IMG/VR virus record: IMGVR_UViG_3300013126_000010
Coordinates: 96,001-160,000 of that record
Length of the DNA: 64,000 nt
Origin: a virus
Reading direction: 5' to 3' (one strand)
The notes under the pieces were generated by a model that worked only from the letters and a program-made list of their open reading frames with translations, was not told the origin of the DNA and ran no database searches. Positions 21,158 to 31,864 of this stretch are shown piece by piece (position 1 is the first letter of the stretch; every line of letters begins with the position of its first letter). The translations under genes were made by a program, and so were the position numbers.

Positions 21158-21354
21158 AGTTTACCTTCTGCTTTTAACCGAAGATATTCTTCTCGTTTTC
21201 TTAGTACTTCTGGGTTGTTTGCCCATCGAGTAACAATATCACCAAACTCATGAATTGCGTTCAATTGTTTAATCAATATATTATATTCTTCTTTTTTCTC
21301 ATCAGACCAATTTTCATCAGCTGGAGGGTATTCTTTTAATTCATTGATGTTCAT
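21154..21354 (-). CDS. Hypothetical protein
   Basis: ORF with overlapping start/stop. Confidence 0.5.
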   Translation of the reverse strand: MNINELKEYPPADENWSDEKKEEYNILIKQLNAIHEFGDIVTRWANNPEVLRKREEYLRLKAEGKL

Positions 21355-21377
21355 GTTTATTCCAAAAAATAAAATAT

Positions 21378-21543
21378 CAGGGTAAAGATTACGATTATTT
21401 TCCTTGGCTAACGTGGTCCCAAGTTTGTTTGCTCATATGTATTATACCTTCACAGATCTCTATGACTTTCGCCAACATCTCCAGTATTGAATACCCGATT
21501 TCAAACTCCATTAATATAATTATGGTTTTGCTGAATTTACCCT
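21378..21543 (-). ncRNA. Y RNA-like scaffold copy 2 (long insert)
   Basis: AGGGTAAATTCAGCAA...TTTACCCTG. Confidence 0.7.
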
Positions 21544-22061
21544 ACAACTATTATTAAATGTCTGCATTCTTATACTCTGCCACCCAATATGATTCGTAGT
21601 CATACTAGTGATGGTTATTCTCCATCCTATCAATAAAATAATAATTCTTATATTACTATACACGTGCCTTAAATGCCTTCTCATAGTGGATGACTCATTA
21701 CCTTCATCGTTGGAAAATAGTAGCCTGACTACTACAACCTGCATAATTCTCTGCCATATCTATGGTGTATAGTAATACGTAGTGCTTTTAGACTTATTGT
21801 CTAAGGATCATACTCATTGCTTATATCTCAATTATAAACCGATCTTACAACCCAATATGATATTTTATAGTATAATATTGACTAGTTCGTTACGCTAATG
21901 TATTTGATAGATTCATACTAACTGTAGTATGCAATATATATGTTGTTAACATCAATCTATCTGCATTCTCTCTGCCACAAATATGTAGTGTATCATGTAG
22001 TATATAATATTATGTCATATTTGTATTATAACATAATTATTTGTCTATGTCTAGACAAATT

Positions 22062-22173
22062 TGGCGGGCTAGAATAGACATTACTCTATTGTATGTACTG
22101 TTCGTCCACTGTTAGTGTTTACTATGTACGATGGTTGCGATACCATCTGCATATGTTTCTCTGCCACTAACCC
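22062..22173 (-). ncRNA. tRNA-like RNA with enlarged variable region
   Basis: Acceptor GGGTTAG/CTAGCCC-G-CCA, D-arm TGGCAGAG..ATGC, stem GATGG/CCATC with 8-nt loop, about 40-nt variable arm, non-canonical T loop. Confidence 0.65.
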
Positions 22174-22182
22174 ATAATTCAT

Positions 22183-22258
22183 TGGAGATCATAGTTGGAT
22201 TTTAACCAACGTAAACACGGTTTTGCAAACCGGCGCATAAACACTCTGCCATATGACC
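22183..22258 (-). tRNA. tRNA-Cys(GCA)
   Basis: GGTCATA/TATGATC-T-CCA; anticodon loop TTGCAAA; T loop TTAAAAT. Confidence 0.85.
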
Positions 22259-22271
22259 ATAATTGTTTATT

Positions 22272-22511
22272 TTAACTTTTTTCTATCGTAATTTCGATTG
22301 TTTTTGGCACAATTGAAATATGAATTGGTTCCGGGATAATTTGACGAGCCGCTTGGATAATGCTATCAAAATATTCTTGAATTTTATGCATAGGTAACGT
22401 ACCAGTATCTACTGTAAATATTACCCTATCACCTTCTGTCAATTTAGTTACATCTAACAAATCAATTTTTTCTATTTGTTTTATCATTTTTATTCCTATA
22501 TTGGAGCACAA
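22272..22511 (-). CDS. Hypothetical protein
   Basis: ORF (likely start MIKQ). Confidence 0.5.
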   Translation of the reverse strand: MCSNIGIKMIKQIEKIDLLDVTKLTEGDRVIFTVDTGTLPMHKIQEYFDSIIQAARQIIPEPIHISIVPKTIEITIEKS

Positions 22512-22696
22512 ATCAAGAATTGAACTTGAATTTAAAAAATATTAAAAAATTTATTAAATAAACTACCTGATACTGGTACACCAGTAATAGTAACAACATT
22601 GGCTATTACATCAGACAGCTGGTCATTTCCTAAATATTTATTCATGTACCGGACCATTTATGCTATTAATACAACAGTAAATCAAAATCGTATGAC

Positions 22697-23368
22697 TTAC
22701 TTATAACGGCAATTATCAAAATGATATCGAGTCATGTTTGATGTGCCACCACTTTTATTACAATATGGACAAACAACAACTTCCTGCTTACCTGTTGTTA
22801 TACCTTTATTCCATGGTATCTGTTCACCAATTTTTCCTTTATTCCACGGAGTATTTCCAAGCCCTTTTCCAGTTCGATTAATAGAGATTTTTTCCTTTAT
22901 TTCTTCTGTCATTGGGTGTGGAGGGATTCCTCTCCTATGTAATAGTACTCTTCCGGTATACCATCCATCTGGAATTAATTCAGTGTTTAGGATTTTTTTA
23001 TTTATTTCTCCGTTAGTTATCCAAATAGTACCATATTGGCTATTATTCGCACCACGTTGATTATCGGAAATGGTGTTAGTGAATCTTCTTTTCAACCATC
23101 CATACAACGTTCGATTGATTCGTTTGCCTTTATGGCCTTGACACATTTTATTAACAGCATAAATTAGTGTGTGATGTTCTGGATATATTTTTACCAATAA
23201 CACGTGGCATAAAAAATGTTCTTCTGGTGTTAGTTTAACCAAATTATCCTTATTATTTGTTCCACCAATACACTTAGGAATAATATGATGTCTCTCATGG
23301 TATTCATTATCTATGTTTCTAGATTGCGCTCTAATAATTAATTTATTATATATTTTTTTATAATCCAT
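22697..23368 (-). CDS. HNH homing endonuclease with NUMOD3
   Basis: ERHHIIPKCIGGTN..NLVKLTPEEHFLCH; late-promoter-like GATAAATA upstream. Confidence 0.9.
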   Translation of the reverse strand: MDYKKIYNKLIIRAQSRNIDNEYHERHHIIPKCIGGTNNKDNLVKLTPEEHFLCHVLLVKIYPEHHTLIYAVNKMCQGHKGKRINRTLYGWLKRRFTNTISDNQRGANNSQYGTIWITNGEINKKILNTELIPDGWYTGRVLLHRRGIPPHPMTEEIKEKISINRTGKGLGNTPWNKGKIGEQIPWNKGITTGKQEVVVCPYCNKSGGTSNMTRYHFDNCRYK

Positions 23369-23398
23369 TAATTATTTATCAATTTCGAACTTGCGTAA

Positions 23399-23436
23399 CA
23401 GGCGTGGAATGCTAAAATTACTGCTGTAACTATCCT
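23399..23436 (-). ncRNA. Y RNA-like scaffold copy 3 (degenerate 3' strand)
   Basis: AGGATAGTTACAGCAG...CCACGCCTG. Confidence 0.5.
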
Positions 23437-23661
23437 AAATTTTATAATTCGTCTTCTTCAAGAAAATGGAACTGATACCCATCTGGCATATTCATTCCAA
23501 CTTGATTACATTCATCAATGGACATTTCTTCATCTTGAAATGCACCAAAAACAAAATCAAACATCGTTTGGGGTTCAACCATCTCAAAAAATGTCATACT
23601 ATTTCTCTCTAAAATCAATTATAATATATTATAGCATGATTATGGTTTGATGTCAACGCTT

Positions 23662-24384
23662 CTACGCTAACAAGTTAGCCCAATCAGGTTTATTTTTATA
23701 GAACATATGAAGATTATTATTTATTTTTTCATAATTTAAGTTATAATATGTTGCTAACACATGTAAACTAGTGGTTGAAAATAAACTAACATGTCCATTA
23801 CGAGGACATGCATACCACCATTCTAGCGGTATTGATATATTTTTATCATTAATTAATGTCGAAAATAATATAACACCAGTAGGTGATAACCTATGTAACA
23901 GTTCTATCATTGTTGCATGGATGTCAATACAATGCTCAAATACTTCAAATGCAGTAATTAGATTATATTCACTATACAAACTAGTTAATTCTATGCTATC
24001 ATAATACTTGTCATATGATATGGAATTCCAGCCATTGCTTTGTAATGTTTTGGATAATAATCCTTTCCCACCACCATAATCAAAATGAGTTATATTAGGT
24101 AAATATTTTAATAATTTATTATTAATAAAGCATGCATTGGTGAATGGTCTGGTGTATTCATGATCTGGATCTATTATAGCATAATCATCATTATATACAT
24201 AATACCCAAGTTTACTATCACCCCAGTCATACATGGTCGGTGTATACACAAACCCACAATATGGGCATCGTCTATATTCGATAAGAATATCACTCCCCCC
24301 ACCATGTATTCCAATACTAGATTTATTGAAATCTATATTATCAATAAATACAGTGTCATTATTACAAATAGTACAGGTATTCAT
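23662..24384 (-). CDS. Class I SAM-dependent methyltransferase with N-terminal Zn-binding motif
   Basis: CTIC..CPYC, FDYGGGKG, ITAFEVFEH, NGHVSLFS. Confidence 0.85.
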   Translation of the reverse strand: MNTCTICNNDTVFIDNIDFNKSSIGIHGGGSDILIEYRRCPYCGFVYTPTMYDWGDSKLGYYVYNDDYAIIDPDHEYTRPFTNACFINNKLLKYLPNITHFDYGGGKGLLSKTLQSNGWNSISYDKYYDSIELTSLYSEYNLITAFEVFEHCIDIHATMIELLHRLSPTGVILFSTLINDKNISIPLEWWYACPRNGHVSLFSTTSLHVLATYYNLNYEKINNNLHMFYKNKPDWANLLA

Positions 24385-24767
24385 TATAAATATGGTGTAA
24401 TATACAATAATTCAATTTCAGATGTACTCATTGGATTTACATTTGAATATTGTTTGTACAATCCTCCAAATTTCCTAGTTACTCTGTCATAAGTATAAAT
24501 TATATCAACTGTTGTTTGATCAACATAACAAATGATACCTTGACTGGGTATACCATCAAACCATTCTGGTGCAGTATACAATTCCCATTCATCAGTATTT
24601 GCAAATACTTCAGTGTGCGGTTGAGTTACCCCATCCTTATAAACCAATGTCATAATAGTATTGGAATCATATTCCAAATACTTGATTGGATTATCTGGAT
24701 TAGCCCATGCCAATTTCGATACTCTGTCGCCATTTAACATTGCTTGTAAAATTTCTTTACGTGTCAT
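24384..24767 (-). CDS. Hypothetical protein
   Basis: ORF. Confidence 0.55.
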   Translation of the reverse strand: MTRKEILQAMLNGDRVSKLAWANPDNPIKYLEYDSNTIMTLVYKDGVTQPHTEVFANTDEWELYTAPEWFDGIPSQGIICYVDQTTVDIIYTYDRVTRKFGGLYKQYSNVNPMSTSEIELLYITPYL

Positions 24768-24792
24768 ATTTTTTTCCTAAACAATAATATAT

Positions 24793-25065
24793 TTACTGTT
24801 TTTTCTTAATACTAAATTTTAATGTACTAAGGTCGTATCCACGTTCTTCTAATAATTTTACCAATGGTTGTTCTGAAATCATCGACCCTGGTCTGTATCT
24901 TTCATTACAGAAAACTTGAAATAATAATGCACTATCTGCACCATTATGTCCTGCACCATCACCCCAGAATACAATTATATCATCTGGATCTTTACGTTCC
25001 AACTTTCCATATTGTAATCTAAGTTCACCATCTTTTGCTTTAGGTGGCCTGAATTGTTTAGCCAT
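24793..25065 (-). CDS. Hypothetical phage protein
   Basis: ORF; LEERGYDLSTLKFSI. Confidence 0.55.
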   Translation of the reverse strand: MAKQFRPPKAKDGELRLQYGKLERKDPDDIIVFWGDGAGHNGADSALLFQVFCNERYRPGSMISEQPLVKLLEERGYDLSTLKFSIKKKQ

Positions 25066-25253
25066 TATAGCAATGATCCCACAACAATCCCAATGGCAAC
25101 ACCGACACTAAGCATGAAAACAAACCATCCATTCAATCCACGTAAAAATCTAGCATGGTCTGTATGATAATCAAATTTTGCATACAAAAATCCACAAACT
25201 ACAATCAATATTGCAATTAAAACAGCCATCATGTTTCCTATTTTTCAATTATA

Positions 25254-25337
25254 TGGTAGGTCAGGTGAGAGTCGAACTCACAATCCTTCCGGCAATGCGA
25301 TCTAAGCGCATCGTGTATGCCATTCCACCACTGACCC
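25254..25337 (-). tRNA. tRNA-Leu(TAG)
   Basis: GGGTCAG/CTGACCT-A-CCA; ATGCG-CTTAGAT-CGCAT; long variable arm; TTCGACT. Confidence 0.93.
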
Positions 25338-25338
25338 A

Positions 25339-25662
25339 TTATATATTTCGTTCTTTTGAATTATCAAAAATTTGTAAAAACTTATTACCATCAGTATGGG
25401 TATCAACTAATATCATGGTGTATTCTTCTCCACGATATACCCATTTATTTAAAAATCGTTGAGTATATATCTCATTACGATAATAATTTCCATCAGAATC
25501 AAGATCTTCTTCAGTTTCAGAAAAAATCACATTATCATTATTTTGTATTCGCCAGAAATAATCCCTGGCATCATCAAATGGATATATACACCAATCTTCT
25601 TTATATCCAAAATATTGAAATATTTGATTTCTAAGACTTTGTTCTTGATCTAATAGATTCAT
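25339..25662 (-). CDS. Hypothetical phage protein
   Basis: ORF. Confidence 0.6.
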   Translation of the reverse strand: MNLLDQEQSLRNQIFQYFGYKEDWCIYPFDDARDYFWRIQNNDNVIFSETEEDLDSDGNYYRNEIYTQRFLNKWVYRGEEYTMILVDTHTDGNKFLQIFDNSKERNI

Positions 25663-26042
25663 TATTTAATAGTTATTTCACTAGGTAAAGTCCACATGGC
25701 ACCAGTGAATGGATCAATTAATACCATCCCAATTATGCCGCCAACCAACAAATTGCCAAAATACCAATTATTCAAGGAACTATCAATAATTCCTAACCCA
25801 ACATGCTCATTATTTTTATCTAAAACATCAACATGATAGGTTGATTTTTGAAAATATCCATTACCAGTTGATAATGAAACTGTTGCTGGAATATTTCCTT
25901 TATAAATGATGGAATTATCGGAATTGGTGATAACTGCTTTCGCATCACCGGTATGTTTAATTGATACTTCTTGTACAGAACCACTAATTATTGTAGCACA
26001 TCCTGATAAAAATAACAAACTTAATGCAAATATCTTTTTCAT
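25662..26042 (-). CDS. Lipoprotein
   Basis: LSGC lipobox; CATIISGS, NNWYFGNLLVGG..DPFTGAMW. Confidence 0.7.
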   Translation of the reverse strand: MKKIFALSLLFLSGCATIISGSVQEVSIKHTGDAKAVITNSDNSIIYKGNIPATVSLSTGNGYFQKSTYHVDVLDKNNEHVGLGIIDSSLNNWYFGNLLVGGIIGMVLIDPFTGAMWTLPSEITIK

Positions 26043-26079
26043 AAAAATCTCCTAAAATAATATTTATGAAGATTTCAGG

Positions 26080-27209
26080 TTATTTCCATAATATGAGAGT
26101 ATTAAAAAACCAAACAATTATTACAACAATTATACTAACAACCCAAATGGTCCATTCTGTTGATGTAGCACCATATTCTTTGAAAATTTTGTATGCTCTA
26201 CCTAATGTTGCTAAAAAATATATGGCTGCAACTGTTATAACAATACTACCAAATAATTTTGATTGTAAAAAATCTAATATGTTCATAATATTTACTCAGG
26301 TTATTAGTAATTTGGATATATCATTTTTCCCACTCTACCACAGTGTATTACTAGGAGATATAATTATGCTGAAAATAACCTATTATTCATCATATCATGT
26401 TTTTGTCACATGTAATGACGCTACATTATCATGAATTACAACATTTGATGTTACTTGTTGTAATTCCAAATCAATCCCTCTAATAATTTCATCTTCGATA
26501 TTAATGTTGTAATATTCTTTTAAATCTATGCTAGCTTCTTCTGTATAGCGAAAAGTTATACCTTTATAGTTACTTTCATGTACATGGTCGTTGTTCATAC
26601 CTTATCCTTCAATATGTTATCCCCAAACAGTTCCCCATGATTTATCTGAATATAATCTAAACATCATATAATCAGAATGATCACGACTATCCTGTTCTAC
26701 ATACCAACATTCATAAGGTTGGTCTTCATCATCAACATCATCCTTATGGTCATATCTTTCAATCAATTTAATAGTGGCACCTAATTTATTGAAAATATAA
26801 ATTATGGTGTCTTTTACTGATCCATTGACCAATGATGTTCCAATTTGGTCATAATCATCAATCATTTCTGCCATCGTATTCATTATGAATCCTTAATTAA
26901 TAATCTATCAATGTTTTGTTCCATTAATTGACTAATTCGTTTATGATCGGTATATGGGTTATCTAACCAATGTGAATATTTTAATCTGAAAAATGTTTCT
27001 TTTTGTTGATCATAGATTGTAACGGCCCATATTTGTATACCATCAAACCCACTAGCAGCTAATAATATTCCTTGCCATCCTACCCCTTTTCTGAAATGGT
27101 GGGTATGTTTTACTTCTGGACCAACGTTACTAATCAAATATGAAAAGGTTTCAGTAATTCTATTTTCATAGTCATGATCATATTGCACATTACCGTATAT
27201 TACTAACAT
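26080..27209 (-). other. Four small hypothetical ORFs (26080-26286, 26395-26598, 26617-26883, 26883-27209)
   Basis: Tightly tiled minus-strand ORFs. Confidence 0.5.
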
Positions 27210-27333
27210 TATTTCATATATTGATTCAAGTTAAAATTATTATAGCATGGTTTATTTAAATATTATACGTTAATTAATGGTATATTTATCGAAGATACTA
27301 CATATAGTATAGTGTGACCAATAATGCCACTAG

Positions 27334-27413
27334 AGCTAGGGGTGAGATTCGAACTCACGATGTGGTATTCCTCGTTACAAGGGAGGTACAATCGGCCACT
27401 ATGTGACCCTAGC
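27334..27413 (-). tRNA. tRNA-Thr(TGT), no encoded CCA
   Basis: GCTAGGG/CCCTAGC; loop CTTGTAA; GTGAG-TTCGAAT-CTCAC. Confidence 0.85.
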
Positions 27414-27446
27414 TCTAGTAGCACTACGGTATGTTAAAGTATTTTG

Positions 27447-27518
27447 CTCCCCCATCTCGATTCGAACGAGACTCACGATGCTTAACAGGCATGCCGCACA
27501 CCTAGTGCGTTCAGGGGA
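27447..27518 (-). tRNA. tRNA-Asn(GTT), no encoded CCA
   Basis: TCCCCTG/TGGGGGA; CATGC-CTGTTAA-GCATC; TCTCG-TTCGAAT-CGAGA. Confidence 0.85.
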
Positions 27519-27566
27519 GCAAAATACTCTATTCTTTATTATAGCATTTATTTATCAAAAATGCAA

Positions 27567-27655
27567 CAGGATGATATCATTTTGCGGGAACTATGGATTC
27601 AAACCATACAAACGCTTCCACTAGCGGTTCTCGATTAGATTGCAGTAATCATCCT
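27567..27655 (-). ncRNA. Y RNA-like scaffold copy 4 (anticodon-less tRNA-like insert)
   Basis: AGGATGATTACTGCAA...ATCATCCTG; TTGCAT-17-TATAAT 8 nt upstream. Confidence 0.75.
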
Positions 27656-27663
27656 ACAATTTC

Positions 27664-27692
27664 ATTATAGCATATAAAATGATTATATGCAA
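27664..27692 (-). promoter_or_regulatory. Sigma70-like promoter for scaffold copy 4
   Basis: TTGCAT-17 nt-TATAAT. Confidence 0.7.
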
Positions 27693-27699
27693 GTCTTAT

Positions 27700-28260
27700 T
27701 TAATCGAAAAAATTATACCAGACAGTTGGGCCTGATTCATCCAAAAATTTAGTGGAATATCCACTTCCAAATCTTTCAAATAGATAGCATTTATCGATAT
27801 CCATTAATGTTCCTGAATATGGTTCAATCTCTCCAGAAGATTTATTTAAAATAGAAACTTTCATTATATGATGATTAACGATTGATTTAATCAAACTCTC
27901 ACCTTTATTAAAAATTGCACCATCTGCGATAATAGGATAATCAGATTCTTCTTTTACTGAAAATATCAGCCATTTTATAGCAGATGTGTTTCTATATTCT
28001 GGAAATACATAAATCATGTCAACATTATTATACATAATATGATTTATAGAAACGGATGATAATTTTATTAATCCTAATATAGTATTAGATTCTTTAACTA
28101 ACAGATAGGTATTATTATTTTTATATAATGCAATATTATCATTTACTTCTACAATTTTAGATGATCCGACAAAATAATTATCATACACCCATTTATATGA
28201 TATTTTAGAATCATCAAATGATCCAGCTGAAAATGATTCTATTATTTCGTTAAATCTCAT
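27700..28260 (-). CDS. Possible GNAT-like protein with capsid-targeting-like N-terminus
   Basis: MRFNEIIES; VDMIYVFPEYRN; GATAAATA upstream at 28285-28292. Confidence 0.5.
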   Translation of the reverse strand: MRFNEIIESFSAGSFDDSKISYKWVYDNYFVGSSKIVEVNDNIALYKNNNTYLLVKESNTILGLIKLSSVSINHIMYNNVDMIYVFPEYRNTSAIKWLIFSVKEESDYPIIADGAIFNKGESLIKSIVNHHIMKVSILNKSSGEIEPYSGTLMDIDKCYLFERFGSGYSTKFLDESGPTVWYNFFD

Positions 28261-28454
28261 TAAATTATACCATAAATTGTATCATATTTATCACTAAAAC
28301 TATTATCAAGGATACACTGGGTTTTTACCAATAACACTTGGTCAGTATGTGCATAACATCCCGAATAATCTAGTTTAGGGAACCACCCCGTCACGTTGAT
28401 TACCGATAAGCAGGAATCGTTCACCTGCATCGTATCCCGATAATAGTTCTATAT

Positions 28455-28790
28455 AATTTGGTGGATTGTTTTTTCGTTACTGTATAAGTACAATCCACCT
28501 AAAACTTATTTGCTATTACTTATGCAGTAATAGCAAATCCAGCATAAACGTCATCGTTTGCGTTTAATTTTTTGATTTTTACATCTTTCTCGATGATTCT
28601 AAATTATTCTTTCTCAACCACGTCGAAAACCTTTCATCCCCATAATAAGAGCATTGTTGCTATAATTAGGATTGGGTTCAGGTGTTATCGCTAACAAGGG
28701 AGTTCAATGCCCTTATTGTGGAGATGGGCGTATCGAAACGCCGTCCGCAATTTTTACTTAAATAATCTTTCAGCCATTTCTAGCAACGAA
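28455..28790 (-). ncRNA. ssrA: Circularly permuted (two-piece) tmRNA
   Basis: 3' tRNA-like part GACGGCG-TTTCGATA-CGCC-CATCTCC-A (28719-28746) lies upstream of 5' part GGGGATGAAAGGTTTTCGAC (starts 28641); G3-U70; tag GCAAACGATGAC...TAA = ANDDVYAGFAITA* (28561-28520) with the stop in an 11-bp hairpin loop. Confidence 0.92.
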
Positions 28791-28795
28791 TTCTT

Positions 28796-28996
28796 TTAAT
28801 CATCATCTATTTCATCATCTGTGCTTGCACGAATAATCATAGTATCACATGAACATAATAATTCATATGCTTTCTCAAATGTCCCTTCCAGCCAAAATAT
28901 TTTTTTGGAGCAAGTATGACATTCAAATACAACACATCCTGTAGTAATATCACATATATTTTTAAACTGTATTTTAAATGTTTCAAAATCAATCAT
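28796..28996 (-). CDS. Small Cys-containing hypothetical protein
   Basis: ORF. Confidence 0.45.
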   Translation of the reverse strand: MIDFETFKIQFKNICDITTGCVVFECHTCSKKIFWLEGTFEKAYELLCSCDTMIIRASTDDEIDDD

Positions 28997-29135
28997 ATCG
29001 TTATGTTTTTAATAATATTCTATTGTTGCATGATCGAGTCAGATCATCAACGAATTTATATAAGAATACTGTTACATCTGTGAACCAGATAATGACCATC
29101 ATTTTTATAATGATGACCACCAGTATTCTATAATT

Positions 29136-29789
29136 TTAATCTTTACCACTTAATGACAACAGTATTTGAAGAATGTTCAAGAACATATTCAAAATATCCA
29201 AATATAGTTGGACAGTTGCTCTAATGTAATTAGTTTCACCACCATTAATAATTTCACTGGTGTCATACAATATAAATCCAGAGAATATTACAACGGCGGC
29301 AAATGATACCATCAATTGTAATCCAGGAATATGAAATATAATCCCTGCAATACTGACCACGATTAGACCGATCAATGCTACGAATAATGTTCCACCTAAA
29401 AATCCAAAATCTTTCTTAGTGATGGTCACATAAGACGATAATGCGATGAATACAAGAGCAGTAAGACCGAATGCATATGCGATTAGTTCTGGACCATTAA
29501 CAAACTGTTCAGTAACTTGATGCAGTACTGGTCCAAGTGTTAATCCTTCAAATCCAGTGAACAACAGTACACAAACCAACCCAAGTGATGATTCTGCAGT
29601 TGCCATTGTAAGAAATAACAATCCAATTGCTACTATCAATTGCACCCATATATTAATGGGTTCGATATTCATCAGTACTGCCACCCAAGCTGAAATGGCT
29701 GTGTTGAGTAATGTACCGGATAATAACCAGTATGTATTACGTAGTACTTTGTTCGTTTCGAAAGTTGAATCTATTGTTGTAGCTGCCAT
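29136..29789 (-). CDS. yccA: Bax inhibitor-1/YccA family membrane protein
   Basis: KVLRNTYWLL, FTGFEGLTLGP, KKDFGFLG, LYDTSEII.GGETNYIRATVQLYLD. Confidence 0.92.
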   Translation of the reverse strand: MAATTIDSTFETNKVLRNTYWLLSGTLLNTAISAWVAVLMNIEPINIWVQLIVAIGLLFLTMATAESSLGLVCVLLFTGFEGLTLGPVLHQVTEQFVNGPELIAYAFGLTALVFIALSSYVTITKKDFGFLGGTLFVALIGLIVVSIAGIIFHIPGLQLMVSFAAVVIFSGFILYDTSEIINGGETNYIRATVQLYLDILNMFLNILQILLSLSGKD

Positions 29790-29927
29790 TTAAAATTCCT
29801 ATATTGTTAAGATTTATTTATTATAACATGATGTAAAAATATCAGCAGATGATGACTAGTCATCTGTACCCATTGTACTGCACTCCTGGGTGGAAGTCAT
29901 TTAGTCACTGACATTAAATTTAGTATA

Positions 29928-31820
29928 TCATACTCCAAAGTATGTTGTCAACTCGTTTATCATTATAACTGGCTGTTCATTTTCAGTAAATATTTTAGGA
30001 ATTACGTGCTGATACATATATACATCTTCTTGAATATTTGATAATTCGGTTGGATTATATATCCTATAAAGATCATCAGTAAAATTATTGGTGTGTTCAT
30101 GATGATACTCATAGAATTCATAAAAACTATTAATTATAGAATCCCCTTTCAAAATATCCATTAGTTTTTTACGAGAATTTACTGTTATTTCAGCAAGTCT
30201 CATATACCCCATCCCCATTTTTCTGAATGTTCTTTGACTTTTTTATTTGCCAGCATCATTTGATCAATCAATGATTGTAATTCTTCATCTGACATTTTTT
30301 TTAAGTTTGGATTTAATTTATTTCCATATACATCGAACATATCTTCAGTATTAACACTGTCATCATCATTTAATTCATTTATCATGACAAATTTTCCTTA
30401 TTTTCTAAATCGTGGCATGTTACCAATATAACCATCAGGAATAAAGCATTCAAGCATTGGGATAAGAGTACTTAGTTCAATTACTGGTGTTTTTTCTACT
30501 AATTTATATTCACCATCTATTAAAAGATAATATACATCATCAACATGATGATCCAATTGTGGTTGGAATATTGTTTTTAGGTCTGTTAACGTCATTTTTA
30601 TATAAACCTGTTGTTCATATGTTATTTTCTAAATAGTGGCACGATCAATAGATTTTATTCATTATTTCATTAAAGACATCATTGTCTGTATAAGTTTGAT
30701 AATCTACTGTAAAATCAAAAACATCGCTTATGTCGTTACCGAATACATTAATTAATGCAGTTCTCCACTCATTCATACAGGAATCATACTCAGATGGATC
30801 GATTTCATATGAAGTATAACCAATACTATTAATCCCGTCAGCTGGTCTACATGAAAAATCATGAACTCCATATTTAGACTCTAGTTCATCAATAATTTCT
30901 TCACATTCTTCTGATGGTTCAAAGAAGAAATCTTCAAAAAACTCAGATTCGGCATTAAATAAAAAACCTTTCCAGGTGTGTTGTTTGGTTTTTTGATTGT
31001 AAAAGTTAAAATAGAATACTGAATTATGTGTTGGCATGATATTTACCTAATTGATGTAAGTGTTATTTTATTTTACCATGGTTATCATCGTTTGGCAAGT
31101 CTTTTTTATCTTTTTTACCCCAAATTCTATCCCAGTTGTCGTCGAATTTTTTCTTATCTACTGGTCTAGGCTTTGAACCTTTACCACCTTCCCATTGTGA
31201 CATATTATCCCCATTTTAATAAAAATAATGTTTCATGATTTGGATTTTCAAAAGAGAATGTCCTATATGGTGGATTTCGAATGGCAACGGGAGAGATCCA
31301 TTCTGTATAATAACCAATCCCTATATTTTCGTTTAACCATTGGTCCAAATCTTCACCATTTTGGGTTATTTCCCAAATTTTATCATTATTGATGCGTATT
31401 TTATTTATCGACATACTTCTGCATCATATTCTTTTTCAGTCATGCAAATGATTTTAACAGTATGAAAATGATTTGCCAATACATCATCTTTCAGTCTATC
31501 TTTTTCGGCATCTTCAAAATTGAAGTAGAACTTTTCAGTGGTTTTGTGCATATCAGAATAAATGATACCATCTTTTCGTTTTTGCATTATTACATAAACT
31601 TCATATGCCATTATACTAACTCACTTAATTTGTCAACAGCTGATTCAATATTGTCAATGGCTTCATCACAATTATTTAAATGATCTTTAACTTCATATAA
31701 CAATTCACGCAATTTATCACGTTCTTTTGACAATGATTCTTTGTGTTTTGTCAATTCTTTGATAGCTTTATCGATATTGTTTGTTTTTTTCATAATTATA
31801 TACAGGTTGATGTTTTTCAC
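29928..31820 (-). other. Run of small hypothetical ORFs, including untracked 31063-31203 (MSQWEGGKGSKPRPVDKKKFDDNWDRIW)
   Basis: Tiled ORFs 29928-30218, 30200-30385, 30398-30595, 30645-31037, 31205-31414, 31405-31611, 31611-31820. Confidence 0.5.
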
Positions 31821-31864
31821 ATTTCAGGTATGATTGTTTATTTGCGGTAATCAACCTAAATTAG

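Noticed and set aside
21520-21744. 74-aa ORF
   Set aside because: Overlaps the tRNA-like array and scaffold; no RBS or protein-like features
25178-27624. Plus-strand ORFs 25178-25462 and 27403-27624
   Set aside because: Antisense shadows of tRNA genes
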